Source: Cycas panzhihuaensis (Eukaryota > Plantae > Cycadophyta). Taken from it: a DNA stretch of 64,000 nt. Below, one piece after another: positions 50,001 to 63,349 of this stretch. The position numbers were made by a program, and so were the translations under genes. The stretch covers positions 103,113,741-103,177,740 of the forward strand of contig CM041465.1 of the NCBI GenBank assembly GCA_023213395.1, written 5' to 3'. Each line of letters opens with the position of its first letter. The first letter of the stretch is position 1. Under the pieces are notes generated by a model that was not told where the DNA came from, did not search any database, and saw only the letters and a list, made by a program, of their open reading frames with translations.

Positions 50001-52525
50001 TAAATTCAAGATGGTTGGCTATAAATGTATACGCTCCAAACCAAGAAGAGGGGAGGAGAATCTTATAGGATAGGATCTTAGATGAACACAGAGATTGGGC
50101 AGGGCCCTGGATGGTAATAGGTGATTTTAATATTGCCTTATCTCTTGGCGAGAAAAGAGGAGGTAAGGAGGGGCATTCAAATGACATGCATGATTTTGGA
50201 AACTTCATGTAGAAAGAGAGGTTGTTGGATGTTTCTCTTAGAGGAGCAAAATACACTTGGTTGAATAGACGGATTAGAAACTAGCACATACAAGTGAGAT
50301 TGGATAGGGAGCTAATAAATTATAAGTGGGCTAGATTTTATAATAATATCAAATTGGAAGATTTATCGAAGATGAGGTCAGATCATTCTCTATTACAGCT
50401 TGAATTTTTTGGTCTTGAAAAGTAGGAAGGTTCCCCCTTTAGATTTGAAATGATATGGACTAGACACTTGAACCATAGGGACCAGATTGAGGAATGGTGG
50501 AAGGTCCCTATTAAGGGGTGTGCGATGTATAGGCTTACAAAGAATCTGGATTGGATAAAAGGCAAGTGAAAAGATGGAATAAAGAGGTTCATAGAAATAT
50601 CTTTATAGCCAAGGAGCAGATTATTAAGGAGCTAGAACTCACAGAGATAAGGATTTATGAGGAAGGCAAGTCCCAGGGATTGGACCAAATAGAAAGAGAT
50701 TTAGTAAAGAATTTAGAGGAGACCTTAACTAAAGAGGAGATCCACTAGAGGTAAAAATCTAGGGCACTATGGCTAGTTGAAGGGGATAGAAACACCGAAA
50801 TTTTCCACATGATAGTGGTAAAACATGGAGCCAATAATAGAAGCAATAAACTCCTTAATAGAGATAGACAAGAAGTAAGTGGAGAGGAAGACCTGAAGGA
50901 TATAGCTATAGGTTACTTCTAAGAGATTTTTTAGGAGTTGGGATGCCAGGACCAGGATGCCAGAAAAGAGTTTATGAAGATAATTCTTAAATTGGTCAAT
51001 GAAGAATAAAACACATTGCTAAAGGCCCATTGTACCTAGGATGAAGTTAAAAAGGCAGTCTTTGTAATGAAGAGAGAGAAAGCACCAGGCCCGAATGAAT
51101 TTTTTCTAGAATATTGGGACATAATAAAGGAGGATCTGATGGAGTCTATAGATGAATTCCATAGGAATTGGAAGCTATTAGGGGAATGGCATGCCACCTT
51201 CATAGTTTTGATTCTAAAAAAGGAGGGGGTGAAAAGGATGAAGGACTTCTACCCAATTAGCCTTTGCAACATGAAATATAAGATTCTAATAAAAATCCTA
51301 GGTAATAGACTAAAGAAAATCCTCTTCCAGATTATTTCTCTAAACTAGGATGGTTTTGTGAAGGCAAGGAAAATCATAGGTGGCATAATAATCATCCATA
51401 AAATGATCCACTTGCCCAACATGATTATTAAAATCGACCTCTCTAAATCCTATGATAGGGTCTCATGGGATTGCCTGCTAGAATGTTTAGAAGTATTTGG
51501 ATTTAGAGATATATGGAGAGGCTAGATGAAATTATGTATAACCAATCCATAATATTTATTCATCATTAATGGTGCCTCATTGAGATTTTTCTCAGGTTTT
51601 AGAGGTCTGAGATAGGGTGACCCCCTATCGCCCTATCTATTCATAATTTTGGCAGTGTTACTTGGTAGAGCTATGGAGGAGGCAAGAAGATTGGGTGCGA
51701 TAAATGGGATAAAAGCCACATCTAGTATTGAAAATATTATGCATCATCAATTTATTGATGATAATATATTCTTAGGAAAGGCAGGTTTAGGGGAGGCCCA
51801 TTATTTCAAAGAAGGTTTGGAGAGGTTTGAATATGCTACCAATCAAAAGATAAACCTTAATAAAAGCAATGCATTTTTTATAAATATAAAGAAGTAGATT
51901 CAGAGGAAGATAAGAGAATTTTAGATATGCTTATCTACAAGCTTCCTACTATGTATCTGGGAATTCTTTTATTTATATGAAAAATGTCAAAGGATATGTG
52001 AAATCCTATAATAGATAAGATCCAGAGGAAGTTGGCTAGTTGGAAGGGATCTCTCCTAAGTCAAGCTAAGAAGGTTCAATTGGTTACTACTTCTCTTCAA
52101 AGCATTCCAATTTATATGATGTCCATTTTTAGAATTCTGAGTTAGGCTATCACTATGCTAGAATTTATACAAAAGGGATTTTTTTGGTTGGGGGTGGAGG
52201 AGAATGATAGAATCTGCCTGGTAAGTTGGGAGAAAGTATGTCTTCCTAAAAGGGTGGGAGGCCTAAATCTCTAGAGATTGTTTCTTTCTAATAATGCTTT
52301 GGTGGAAAAATTAGATTGGCATATGGCTAATAAAGAAGGTGGTGTATGGAATAGGATTATGGCCCAAAAATACCTCAAGGGGAGGCAATTCCTGAATGAT
52401 AGCTTAATATCCTACCTTGGATCTCTAATATAGAGAAGTATCATGAAATCTAGATGTATGCTAACTACAGGGGTGTAATGGAGGCTAGGGGATGGAAATA
52501 CTATAAGCTTTTGGGAGGATGTGTG

Positions 52526-52837
52526 CGAAGGAAGGATGGATCTATGAGATAAATCACTCACATACACACAATAGCAATGGAGAATGAAAAAGAAGATGAA
52601 ACAAGATATGAGAGCAAGTTTGGAGGTGAGAATGAATAATGACTCCCTCCTTGAGATTTCACCTTTTATTATTGAGGGTGGGCATTAGGGTTAGGATTTT
52701 CCCGCCTAATGACATGAACTCGAAATTACATCTAAATACACATAAAGTACATTTCATTAAGAGACTAATGCTAATAATATATCCTAAGGTCACATAATTA
52801 ATCTACACAAATGACCTTGATACATTAACCTCTTTGA
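52526..52837 (-). repeat. 3' LTR of copia H
   Basis: Direct repeat with 59862-60173; about 17 substitutions by manual count, no indels. Confidence 0.95.
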
Positions 52838-53289
52838 ATCCCCCCCTTAATGGTGGAAGGTCATTTTCAGAAAATATATTCTATGAGGTCTTTATTTGAG
52901 CCTCGTTACTACATTAAAATTCTAAATGACGCTTTTGTGGGAAAACCCTCATGGGGAATTAAAACCCACGAACTTTCTAAGATCTATAGCCCCTTTTATA
53001 AATCAAATGGCTAAGGTGGCTCTTTGATGTAGACTGATAGCTAAGTAGCTTAAATGTGCAGCTTAATCTGCTAAGTCTCCATATACTGTTTGGTCATCCC
53101 CTATGCCCTTTTAGGTTTTCATAGGTTTTGATTTTCCAAAACAAGTACAACCCTTATCATTCCATGCCCATATGGGGTTTTCATAAAGAGGATAAAGCAG
53201 AGACTTACTCTTATTCTTCCGCACCCACATGGGGTTTTCATGAAGAGAATAGAGTATGATGATCCTATTACCATCTTCTTTGATCAATC

Positions 53290-56200
53290 AAAGATAGAGG
53301 CTCTAAGGCCGAGTTACCTTCAGAGCTGTTCAAACTTCACCCTTTGCAGCGATTTGGTGAAGATATCGGCCACTTGATCTGTTGTGGGACAGTAATCTAA
53401 TTGAATTGTTCCGTCATAAACAAGTTCCCTAATCCTGTGGATTTTCATACTTATGTGTTTGGTACAATCATAAAATACAGGATTTTTCGCCATGCAGATT
53501 ATTGATTGATTATCCATATGAAGACTCGTAGGACTTGTTTGGGTGATATTCAATGTTTCCAATAATTTTCTTAGTCATATCACCTCTTTACTGGTCTCAG
53601 AAGCAGCAATGTATTCAGCTTCGGTAGTTGAATCTGCAACTATCTTCTGCCATCAGGATCTCCATGATATTGGTGCTGTTCCAAGAAACGTTATATACCC
53701 AGGCGTAGGTCTTCCTGTATCTTTATCTACTGCAAAGTCTGAGTCTATGTATGCAGAAAGTTTGAAGTCTAAATTAGGTTCATACAAAAGACCATATTTG
53801 CTAGTCGTCTTAAGGTATCTCAACACTCACACTGCTGCCTACCAATGATTCTGCTTAGGATTTATCATGTAATGAGTAAGAATGCTGACAGAGTGTATAA
53901 TATCTGGCCTTGTATTAGTAGTGTATATGAGACTATCTACAAGTTTCCTATAGAGTGTTGCATCTGCCTCCCTTGTGTCACCTTCAGCTGAGAGTTTGGT
54001 GTTAGGATCTATAGGTAACATCACCGGTTAAGCATCTTCTAACTAGAACTTGGTTAGAAGATTATTGATGTATTTTTCTTGGAAGAGGAAAAATTTTCCA
54101 TTCTTTTGTGTTACTTCAATTCCCAAGTAATATTTCATCAAATCGAGATTAGACAATTCGAACGTTTTACCAAGGTCCTTTTTCAATTGGCTTATTGCCT
54201 GCTCACTATTACCCGTTACTAGCATGTCATCTACAAAGATTATGAGATAAGGAACTTTATCCTTATGGCGCTTGATGAACAACGTTGCATCAATATCTTG
54301 ATAGTCATAAACCTCATATCCAAGTTGCCTCATCCTTTCAGACAACTTGGCAAACCAAGCACGAGGAGCTTGTTTAAGGCCATACAAGGACTTTCTGAGC
54401 CTACAAACCTTATGCTCTTGACCTTTGATCTCATATCCTTCTGGCTGAGCCATGTAAATTTCTTCTTCAAGATCTCCATTGAGAAAACGGTCTTAATACC
54501 GAGTTGGTGGATTTTCTAACCCCATTGAGCAGCCAAGGCCACAAGAGTTCTAATTATAGGCCACTTGGTTATAGGTGCAAAGACTTCAATGTAGTCGATG
54601 CCTTCCCTTTGTATAAATCCTTTAGCTATCAACCTCACCTTATGTTTTTCAAGGGTGCTATCTGATCTATATTTGTTTTTGAACACCCATTTATTTTGAA
54701 CTACCTTTCTGCCAAGTGGTAAATCAACAAGCTCCCATGTACCGTTCTTGATAAGAGATTAGTACTCTTCATTCATGACGTTTCTCCAAGCTATATGCTT
54801 TATAACTTCTTGGTATGTTAAAGGATCTTCATTAAGAGTAAGGTGCAATTCTACTGGTTTAAGCTTAGTATATAATGATTCCTGCATCCTTGCTCTATGG
54901 GCACTTCGAGTGCCAGTTTTTCCCATCTCATCTGGTCGTATGTCCTTATTGAGTTGGCAGGCTTCTCGAGATCCTTGAGTTGGGAATGATGCCTTTATTT
55001 CCCTAACTTCTTGGTTCTTATCATGTTCGTTAAAATGATTATTTTGTGAGAAGGATGTTGATGTGCCTGAGGAAGATGGTCCTTCTACCACTGTTCTGTC
55101 TTTGTCAACTAAAGGTGGAGATGATGGTTCTTCTATAATGGCTTTGCCTTTGCCAACTCTGTTATCTTCAAAAGATGGTGCTGGATGTGCACTTATTTGT
55201 TTAGAGTCACAACTTGTATCCTCCAAGGCTCTATTGTCAGCTTCTAACATTTGGAGTAATTTATGTCTATGCCCCCCCCCCCCCAAATTTTAGAATATGA
55301 ACATCATACTTGATAACATTATTGTAGTGGCGTGAGGGTACTATGGAGTCTAATTTAAGTAACTGATCCTCTATCTCTGTAAAAATGACATCTCTGGTAA
55401 TGATGATTTTTTGTTGTGAAGGTATGAAGATCTTATACCCTTTCTTATCCGTAGGGTATCCAACAAAGATGCCTTTAAGTGCCCTTGGCTAGAGTTTATT
55501 TCGATCTGCATCCAGAATATGGGCTTAGCATGAAGAGCCAAAAATTCTAAAGTAGTAAACAATGAGGGCTTGTCCTGACCACTTTTCATTAGGTGATTGT
55601 ACTTCCTTTGATGGGCTAACAACATTGATACAATAAACAACTGTCTAGATTGCTTCAACCCATAGATAGACAAGTACATTTTTATATATTAACATAGCAT
55701 GAGCCATGCTCACGATTGTCCTGTTCATGCGCTCAGCAACTCCATTTTGTTGTGGGGTACCTGCTACTATTATTTGATGCTTAATGCCATTGTCTCGAAG
55801 GTAGCTTTCAAACTCATGTGAGGTATATTTGCCACCATTATCAGTTTGAAGACATTTGAGTTGATAACCTGACTCTTTTTCAGTGAGGGCTTTGAATTCC
55901 TTAAATATACATAATGCTTCATCTTTCTTATGTAGAAAAGCTACCCATACTTTTATAGTGAAATCATCAATGAAAGAGATGTAATATAGCTTGCCCTTCA
56001 GTGAAGGAATGGGCATTGGCCCACACAAATCAGGGTGTACCAATTACAATGAATGGCTTGATTTCTATTGAGTTTTAGGAAAGGGTTGTCAATGAGATTT
56101 GACAATGATACAAGCTTCACATTTAAAGGGCTTAGAGGAAAACTTTGGAAGGTTTGGAAGAGTGTTAGAAAGATCTCTAAGTCTATTAATGTGAACATGG

Positions 56201-57868
56201 CCCATACGAGCATGCCAAAGAGCTTCTGATGACAACGTTGGATGGGTCAAGATGGAATTAAATGCAAATTCTTCATCAGCACAAGGGCTTTGGGCATAAT
56301 GGGCTTCAAAAGATGGAGAGCCATTTAGTCGAAAGAGTTTGCTAGAGAGATGTCCAGTCAAAACCACCTGATTAGTTGGAGGGTGAATGACCTTAAGAGT
56401 CTGGTCATTTACGGTTACACTTAGATCAAATCCATGAGAAACAAGTATGGATAAAGAGAGTAGGTTTTATTTGAGATTGGGTATGTATTAGACATCAAGC
56501 AATGTAAAATCTTCTAAGCCTGGGAGTTTCAGGCGAATGTTACCAATTCCTTCAATAGGTTGTTGTGATTTATCAGCCATATGAACAATTCCATGAACAT
56601 TTGAATTAAATGTTTGATATAGACTGCGGTTGCATGCCATATGTTGAGTTGCTCCTGTGTCCATGATCCATTGTCCATCAATTAAAGCCACATTATTGTC
56701 AATTCTAATAGGGCTTGGCACAGGTGAAGGGAATTCACAAGTGATATATCCACACCGAGCTTCAAAGAATCTCTTTGGTTGGTCAATGGCATTTGATGAT
56801 AAGGATCCCTCAATTCTTTGAATATGTGCTTGTACAAAACTTACACCACTAAAGGATTCTTCACAAGTTTCTTCAACATTGTGAGCTCCATGTTTTGGTT
56901 GGAAGTTGGCCAACTTATAAGTGGAAGTTCTGCAATCTTTTGCTAAGAGTCCTTTACGGTTACACTGATCATACATAATAGTTTAATTACTAGTCCCTGA
57001 TGAAGCACTGGTTTGGCTTGACTGTCTTGCTCTTTATTGAGTTAGCCCTTGGCCTTGAAACTGTTGAGGTTATGATTGAGGGTTTGATTGACCTTGTGGA
57101 CGATTTTCCATATTTCTTCCTCTTCCTCTTACTTAGTTATTTCCTCTGCCACGAGAGGGACCTTGAGTTTTTGTGTAGCAAACTTCTTCTTCTACCTCAA
57201 AGGCTGCATCTAGAAGAGAGTCAAAGGCTATAAAGTTTGTATCAAAGGTCTTGTCAAATTCTATAAACTTCTCGGCAAGTGCTTCGAAGTTGAGTGTCTT
57301 CAATGTTCCACTAGATTGAAGACTTCCAAGTAAGTTTTTATAATTAGGGACATGTAAACATGACTGGATCAAAAATGCCCAAGTGATACATTTGGTCTTA
57401 AAGTCTTTGTCAATTGCCTATTTGATTAGTCAAAGGAGATTTATTGTCTCATGAGCTCGTCCCTTCTGCATTTTTAATTTGTTCATTTTCAAAACAAGTT
57501 GAACAAATTCTAAATCTGATTTTGTATCAAAGTTCTTTCTAAGAACTTCTAGGACCTTCCAGGCTGTATCATGTTCCTCTTCGTTTATCAAGTTGTTCAA
57601 GGAGTGATTAATGACCAACAAAATTCCTACATGAATCTTTTCATCATCTATCTCCCATTGTAGTTTAGTTGTAGCATCTGTAGGAGCTGTTGGGCGGATC
57701 CTTTGGAAGCATTTATTATGGCATTCTTGGTATGTTAGGTGTAGGCTGCAAGTGGGCTCTCCAAAGGCCTTCATACTTTGCAACATTTTTAATTCCAGTG
57801 TACCATATATCCTAATTTTATTTGCCTTTCAATATGTAGTTAACATTTTTCTTGAATTGAGATGACAT
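53290..57868 (-). pseudogene. Disrupted gag-pol of copia H
   Basis: ATG 57868. WIMDTGATQHM (PR), LWHARMGH, VHPDLCGP/FIDDF/TPQQNGVAER (INT), SLYGLKQAPRAW/FVDDML (RT), DQVADIFTKSL (RNase H). Confidence 0.92.
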
Positions 57869-59861
57869 TGTGATGATAAAGAAGTAGAAGAGATAATAGA
57901 AGTATGTACTACTAACACGTGTGGTTAGTACACCTAGCATAATAGGGACGAAGTAATGATTGTTATGATGAGAAGCAAGTAATGATTAACTATTTTTCAA
58001 CAATTATATAAAAAAATGAATATAAGTAATGATGCAAGAATGAGGCCTAATGTAGAGCTGACAAAGAGTGGTGATGTAGCATGCCACTAACCTCTCACTT
58101 ATGTCTAAATGTAGGTGAGGTTTCGATGCCTAAGGCTTCTAGTATACGATTAGGGCCTTCATCCGTGATACCCGCACTTGTATTTGGTGATGAAATCCAA
58201 GTCACAGTGGAGCCCAGGTACTCCCAGTCCTCACCCAGTTCACTAATGAGCAACTATATACCTCCTCCGAAGAGTCAAATAGTACTGCGTATCCCACGGC
58301 TATGACAGATATTGGACCAGGTTAATTTTAATCTTGCATTAAGGTTTTCAGTTTTCCCGGTTGATTATCAGGATTATCCCTTATTAGAGGGTGTAGGTAT
58401 GGCTAACCTGTCCCTCCACCATTATTCTGGTTAAGACTAGACCTAGTATGAAACTCACACCTCCCTTAGGGCCTGGACTTCAGCCAACCTTGGTCTATTT
58501 CAACCAAGGCGAATGTGTGCATAAGTTAAGAACTAGTAGTATAGATCGTACGGATGAGATTCCTTTTAGGAATAGTGTAAGATATTTTCGTATAATTGAA
58601 AACTGAAATAGAAACTTGCCAAATGTACTTGTTTACTTTTCGTGCTTGCTTTGTTGTTGTTGCTGCTTTGATGATGCGTTGTTGCTACTTTTGTGATACT
58701 TTATTATTATTGCTGCTTTTATGATGCTTTATGTTATGTGTGTAAATAGAAAAGCATGCTAGACTTAGTAGGGGAACCAGATGTTATTTCCGATCCAAGG
58801 TTTCCCTTATTTTAGTATAATGTTTCCAAATATGATTTTAGAAGTTTTGATACAAAATCCACAATGGGCTAAAAAGTAGATCAACTTGCCACTAAAATGA
58901 TGATTTTTCTAAATATATATGCATGCTATTTTACCCTATTTTATAATTTTTTTACAAAATTTACAAATAATGATAAATGGGCAAACTTTTAGAAATGATA
59001 AATATGAAGGCCTAAATGATGAAATCAGAATTTATAAAAGAAGGAAAAAGTGTTCATAATGTCGTTTCTGATAGAGTTGTGAAGTCATATTTCAGAAAAG
59101 GCACAAAAACTTTTCTGCCCGAAAAAGCACCAAAGTAAAATCATGCCAGATCAACTATCTCAGAATCTGGACTTCAATATTTCAAAAGTTATGTTTTGAC
59201 ATGTACATTAACTTTCCCTTCTTCACCATCTACAAAATCTGCCAAAAACTTACCCGAGATGCCCTTGCAAGGTCCTTTGTGGGGTTGAGTAGACAAAATC
59301 AGCAACCATGAGAAAACTGCATAGATCTCACTAAACAGTGGATGAAATTTATCTTAAAATGATCTTAAGACATAAATGTACTATATCCCTTAATAAAACT
59401 TTTAGATCTTTAACTTATAATTGAAGGATTTCATTAGGAAAAGTGCTTTAAATCACTTATCTACAAAATTTACCTTTTTTGTCACAGCTAAAACTTGCTG
59501 TTACAGGCTAAATTTGATGTTTCTATAGAAGAAAAAAATGATCCTCTAGTCAAGGCAACCTTGCATGCCAAATTTTATCAAATTCTGAGATGGTCAAATT
59601 TTTATGAAATTTTGGGCCTTTAATGCTTCTGGGACTGTTCTAGTAGCTGAATGGCATCAAAAACCTATATTCTTCACCTTTAAATTTTTGCACATATGGA
59701 TAAAGTAGCAACATGCAAAATACTATAATTTTATGCTCTTAAAATATAAAAAAAATAAGGAATGCACTCTCAATACTTCACATAGAAGGTGAAGGAGAGA
59801 TAAAATGACTCCATGCAAGTGGAATGGAGTGAATAAATCCCCTTCTAGCTCTGATACCACA

Positions 59862-60173
59862 TGAAGGAAGGATGGATCTAGGAGATAAATCACTCACATG
59901 CACATAATAACAATGGAGAATGGAAAAGAAGATGAAACAAGATATGAGAGTAAGCTTGGAGGTGAGAATGAATAATGACTCCCTCCTTAAGATTTCACCT
60001 TTCATTATTGAGGGTGAGCATTAGGGTTAGGATTTTCCCACCTAATGACATGAACCTGAAATTACATCTAAATGCACATAAAGAACATTTCATTAAGAGA
60101 CTAATGCTAATAATATATCCTAAGGTCACATAATTAATCTACACAAATGACCTTGATACATTAACCTCTTTTA
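59862..60173 (-). repeat. 5' LTR of copia H
   Basis: Direct repeat with 52526-52837; PBS adjacent. Confidence 0.95.
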
Positions 60174-63100
60174 GTGTGGTGTGGTGACACAGCTGAATAG
60201 ACGGCCTGACTTAACTCCCTTATAGATTTCATATGAGAGGATCTATAGGAAGAAAGTAAAGGATTACTTGGTGGGGAGGGATAGTGGTAGAAGTTAGAGG
60301 GACTTTGAGGATTTATATGGGGAGTTTGTTACCCAAGAGATCATAAATGCCCTAAAAGAGGAGATTAACTAGTGTTACATACCTAAGAGAGGGGAGGTAG
60401 ACTCAATGGTGTGGCCTTTATTCCTCTTTAGTGACTACTCAGTGAAGCAAGGGTATCATTTTATATGCCTTAAAAGCGGGGACCAATGTAATCCTCTCTT
60501 AGATAGGGTTTGGAAATTAAGGTTGATCCCTAAAATAACTATGTTTTAGTGGATATATTTGAGGAACAAAATCCTCATGGTGGATAACCTTAGGAAGAGG
60601 GGTTATGTAATGGTGAATAGGTGTGCGCTTTGCTAAGAGGAGGAGGAATCAATGGATCATATCCTCCTTCATTATGCATATTCTAGGAAAGTATGGAGGC
60701 TAATGTGGGACTAATTTAAGGTATAATAGATGATCTCTAGTACCCTTGAGGACCAGTGGATATCCTGGCTTAGTCCCTTTAGGAGTAAAACCCTAGTTAA
60801 CATTTGGCAGATCTCCTTACCTTTAATGATGTGGAACCTATGGAAGAAGAGAAGTATGAGGATCTTTCAAGACAGATAGATAGATGAATATAGAATTTTT
60901 GGAATCATTTATGCAAGAATAAGGGAGAATGTGAAGCCCAAAGATGAAAAGTTTATCACAAATTTTGAGGGCTCTATCTTCTATAAATGGGGGATAAACC
61001 CTAGAGTATATGAGGATTAAAGAAGAGATTGCTCCTAGACACCCCCAAGGGATAACTGGATGAAAATAAATTTTAATGGTGCATCAAAAGGTAACCCAGG
61101 GGAAGTTGGGATAGGGGGTGCATCTATAAAGACTCAAAAGGGGAAGTTAAATAGGATTTTGTTGAATACTATGGACAATAGACAAACCACATAGCAAAAA
61201 TATCAGCTATATAGAGAGTAGTAGATATGGCCATAGAGGAGGGCTATAATAAAATGGTGTTAGAAGGGGATTCATCACTTGTAATAAATCTACTTGAAGG
61301 TAAGTCTGATCCTGACTGGAGAACTTATGTCTTAATTAGGGATACTCAAGAAGCCTTAAAGGGTGTTGAAAATGTCCAACTAAGACATACATATAGAGAG
61401 GACAACAAAGTAATTGATAAGTTGGCTAATTGGGGGGTTAGTCACAGAAGGTCTTAGGTCTAGAGAGAGGAGATCCTGGAAGAAGTTATGAGTCTAGTTA
61501 AGGAGGATAGGGTCTAAGTGTAATAATAAAGCTAGCTACTAGGCTTGTCATGGCAGGGTGGGTGTTTTAGTAGATGAGTATAGCTAGGCCATGGGCTTGT
61601 CATGGCCATTCGTGTTCTAGTCGAGAGGCAGTTGATATAAAAGTTTTAGGGTCCTATTAAAACCCCTTTTATTCTTTTACTTAATAATTAAAAAAAAGAT
61701 AATAATATGATACCTATTTCCCTAATAATAATGAAACTGATTTCTAATTGTTTCATACTCGACTTCTATAATTGAATTAGGTCACAACAAGTCCCTCCCC
61801 TTGAAATATTGCTTTTCCCACAAAGCGTTGGTAATGTAAGATGACTTTAAATGAATTATTCATTCTTCGATGTTGATTCTAGTTGTGGTACTCTCTTCTA
61901 TTTAATTAGATACTCTGTGATATTTCATGATCTAAGCTTATGCTAATAAATATCTATTATTTCTTTGGGTTTTAACATAAGATTTCCCTCTGCATCTATT
62001 ATTGGTAATTCAATTATTGTACCAATGCAGTACTTTACCTTTTTCTTGAGGTTGGATACATGGAAGATGTCATGAATCTTACTAACTTGATATAGGTCAA
62101 GGGCATAGATTACTTCTCCAATCTTTTCCCAAATTTTATATGGACTGTAGAATCTAGATACAAGTTTGTATTTTCCTTATTACTTAAGAGAGGCATATTT
62201 GTATGGGCATAACCTTATATAGACTTGATCTCATACTTTAAATTATATTTCAGTCCTCTTCTGGTCAAATTATTGCTTTATTTGATTCTTTATAGCACCA
62301 TAATTTTTCTTAAGCTCTTTAAAAATTTTCTTATATTATATTATCAATTTCTTTACTATAGGAGTTTTTGTTATACCCTGAATATAATCCATTGATGTAG
62401 GAGGCAAATAACCATATAATGCCATGAAGGGTGTTATTTTAATGAAGGAGTGATAATTGGTGTTATACCAATATATAGTTAGGTGGACCTATTCCACCTA
62501 TTTAGATTGGTTATCTTTAGCATAACATGATAAATATGACTCTTACTAATAAATTTGATTTGTTTGTCTATTTGGGGATGGCATACTATGCTCATGGCAA
62601 CTTGGGTCCCTACTAATTTGAATAAGCCCTTCCAAAATTGGCTTGTGAATTTTGGATCTTTATCGCTACCTATCTTTTTCAAAAAACTGCGTAGCTTACA
62701 GATGTTCTCCATAAATATCTTAATAATTTGAGATGCTTTATATGATGCTTAGATGGGAATGAAATGTGCATAGTTTGTAAGATGATAGGGTATCCCTGGT
62801 TCCTAAATTTGGAAGTCTTATTATAAAGTCCATAGATATTAACTCTAATTTTTATTTAGGTTAGTTTAAGGGTTGTAGTAAACCTAGAGATTGTACTGAC
62901 TCTACCTTTTGTCTTTGATAAGTCTCATACTCATAGATAAATCTCTTTACAATGACCTTCATTCCCCTCTAGTAGAACGACCTTTTTATCCTTTCATAAG
63001 TTTTAAGGAATCTTGAATATCCAATTATAGGTTAGTCATGATGCTCATTCAAGGCTACGCCTTTAAATTGTGATCTTGAGAAAAAGTAGATTCTATTCTT

Positions 63101-63349
63101 ATAAAGTAGGGTGCTTCCCTTATTTGGCCAATGAGTCTCTATTAGCTCTTTAGAATTTTTGCTCATAATTATCTTTACCTCTATATCTTGTAAATATTCA
63201 TGGTGTGACTCTTCAAGCTAGTTAGGTATAACTTTTATGATGGCTGAGCAGTTAGCATCCTCCTACTTCCTTGATAGTGTATTAATTATGATGTTCTCTT
63301 TTCTTCCCTTATATAATATCTCAATGTCATAATCCTAGATTTTACTAAT

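Larger units (their letters stand above)
52526..60173 (-). mobile_element. Ty1/copia element H with 312-bp LTRs, about 2-kb 5' leader and about 440-bp 3' UTR
   Basis: LTRs 52526-52837 and 59862-60173. TSD GTGTG (52521-52525, 60174-60178). PBS TGGTATCAGAGC 59848-59859 and PPT TTAAGGGGGGGAT 52838-52850 (minus). Confidence 0.95.
47754..61697 (+). mobile_element. LINE G: apparently full-length (about 6.3 kb net) L1-clade element with RNase H, same family as E; split by copia H
   Basis: 19-bp TSD GATAATAATA(A/T)GATACCTA (47735-47753, 61698-61716); poly(A) before 61698. ORF1 DUF4283-like CLVGKF..IRRWIRNKW. ORF2 from ATG 49706 with EN, RT (HHQFIDD), FWEDV|WCGD across H, RNase H LEGDS..YREDNKVIDKLA. 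Confidence 0.94.
47222..63349 (-). mobile_element. Chromovirus gypsy element I (3' part): 3' LTR split by LINE G; RNase H end, integrase and chromodomain at 61803-63349
   Basis: LTR edge CACAACA at 61789, PPT AAGGGGAGGGACT (identical to D) at 61790-61802. IHDIFHVSNLKK, KLVSRFYSPY, SDKDPKFTSQFWK, DYDIEILYK..KEN. Left LTR boundary approximate. Confidence 0.8.

Noticed and set aside
52685-52695. TTAGGGTTAGG as an interstitial telomere
   Set aside because: Under two units and part of both H LTRs; at most a telo-box-like motif.
54759-55330. 175-aa ORF in H as an env-like or extra gene
   Set aside because: It is the variable integrase-RT linker and ends in the standard EDPLTYQE..W RT-upstream motif.
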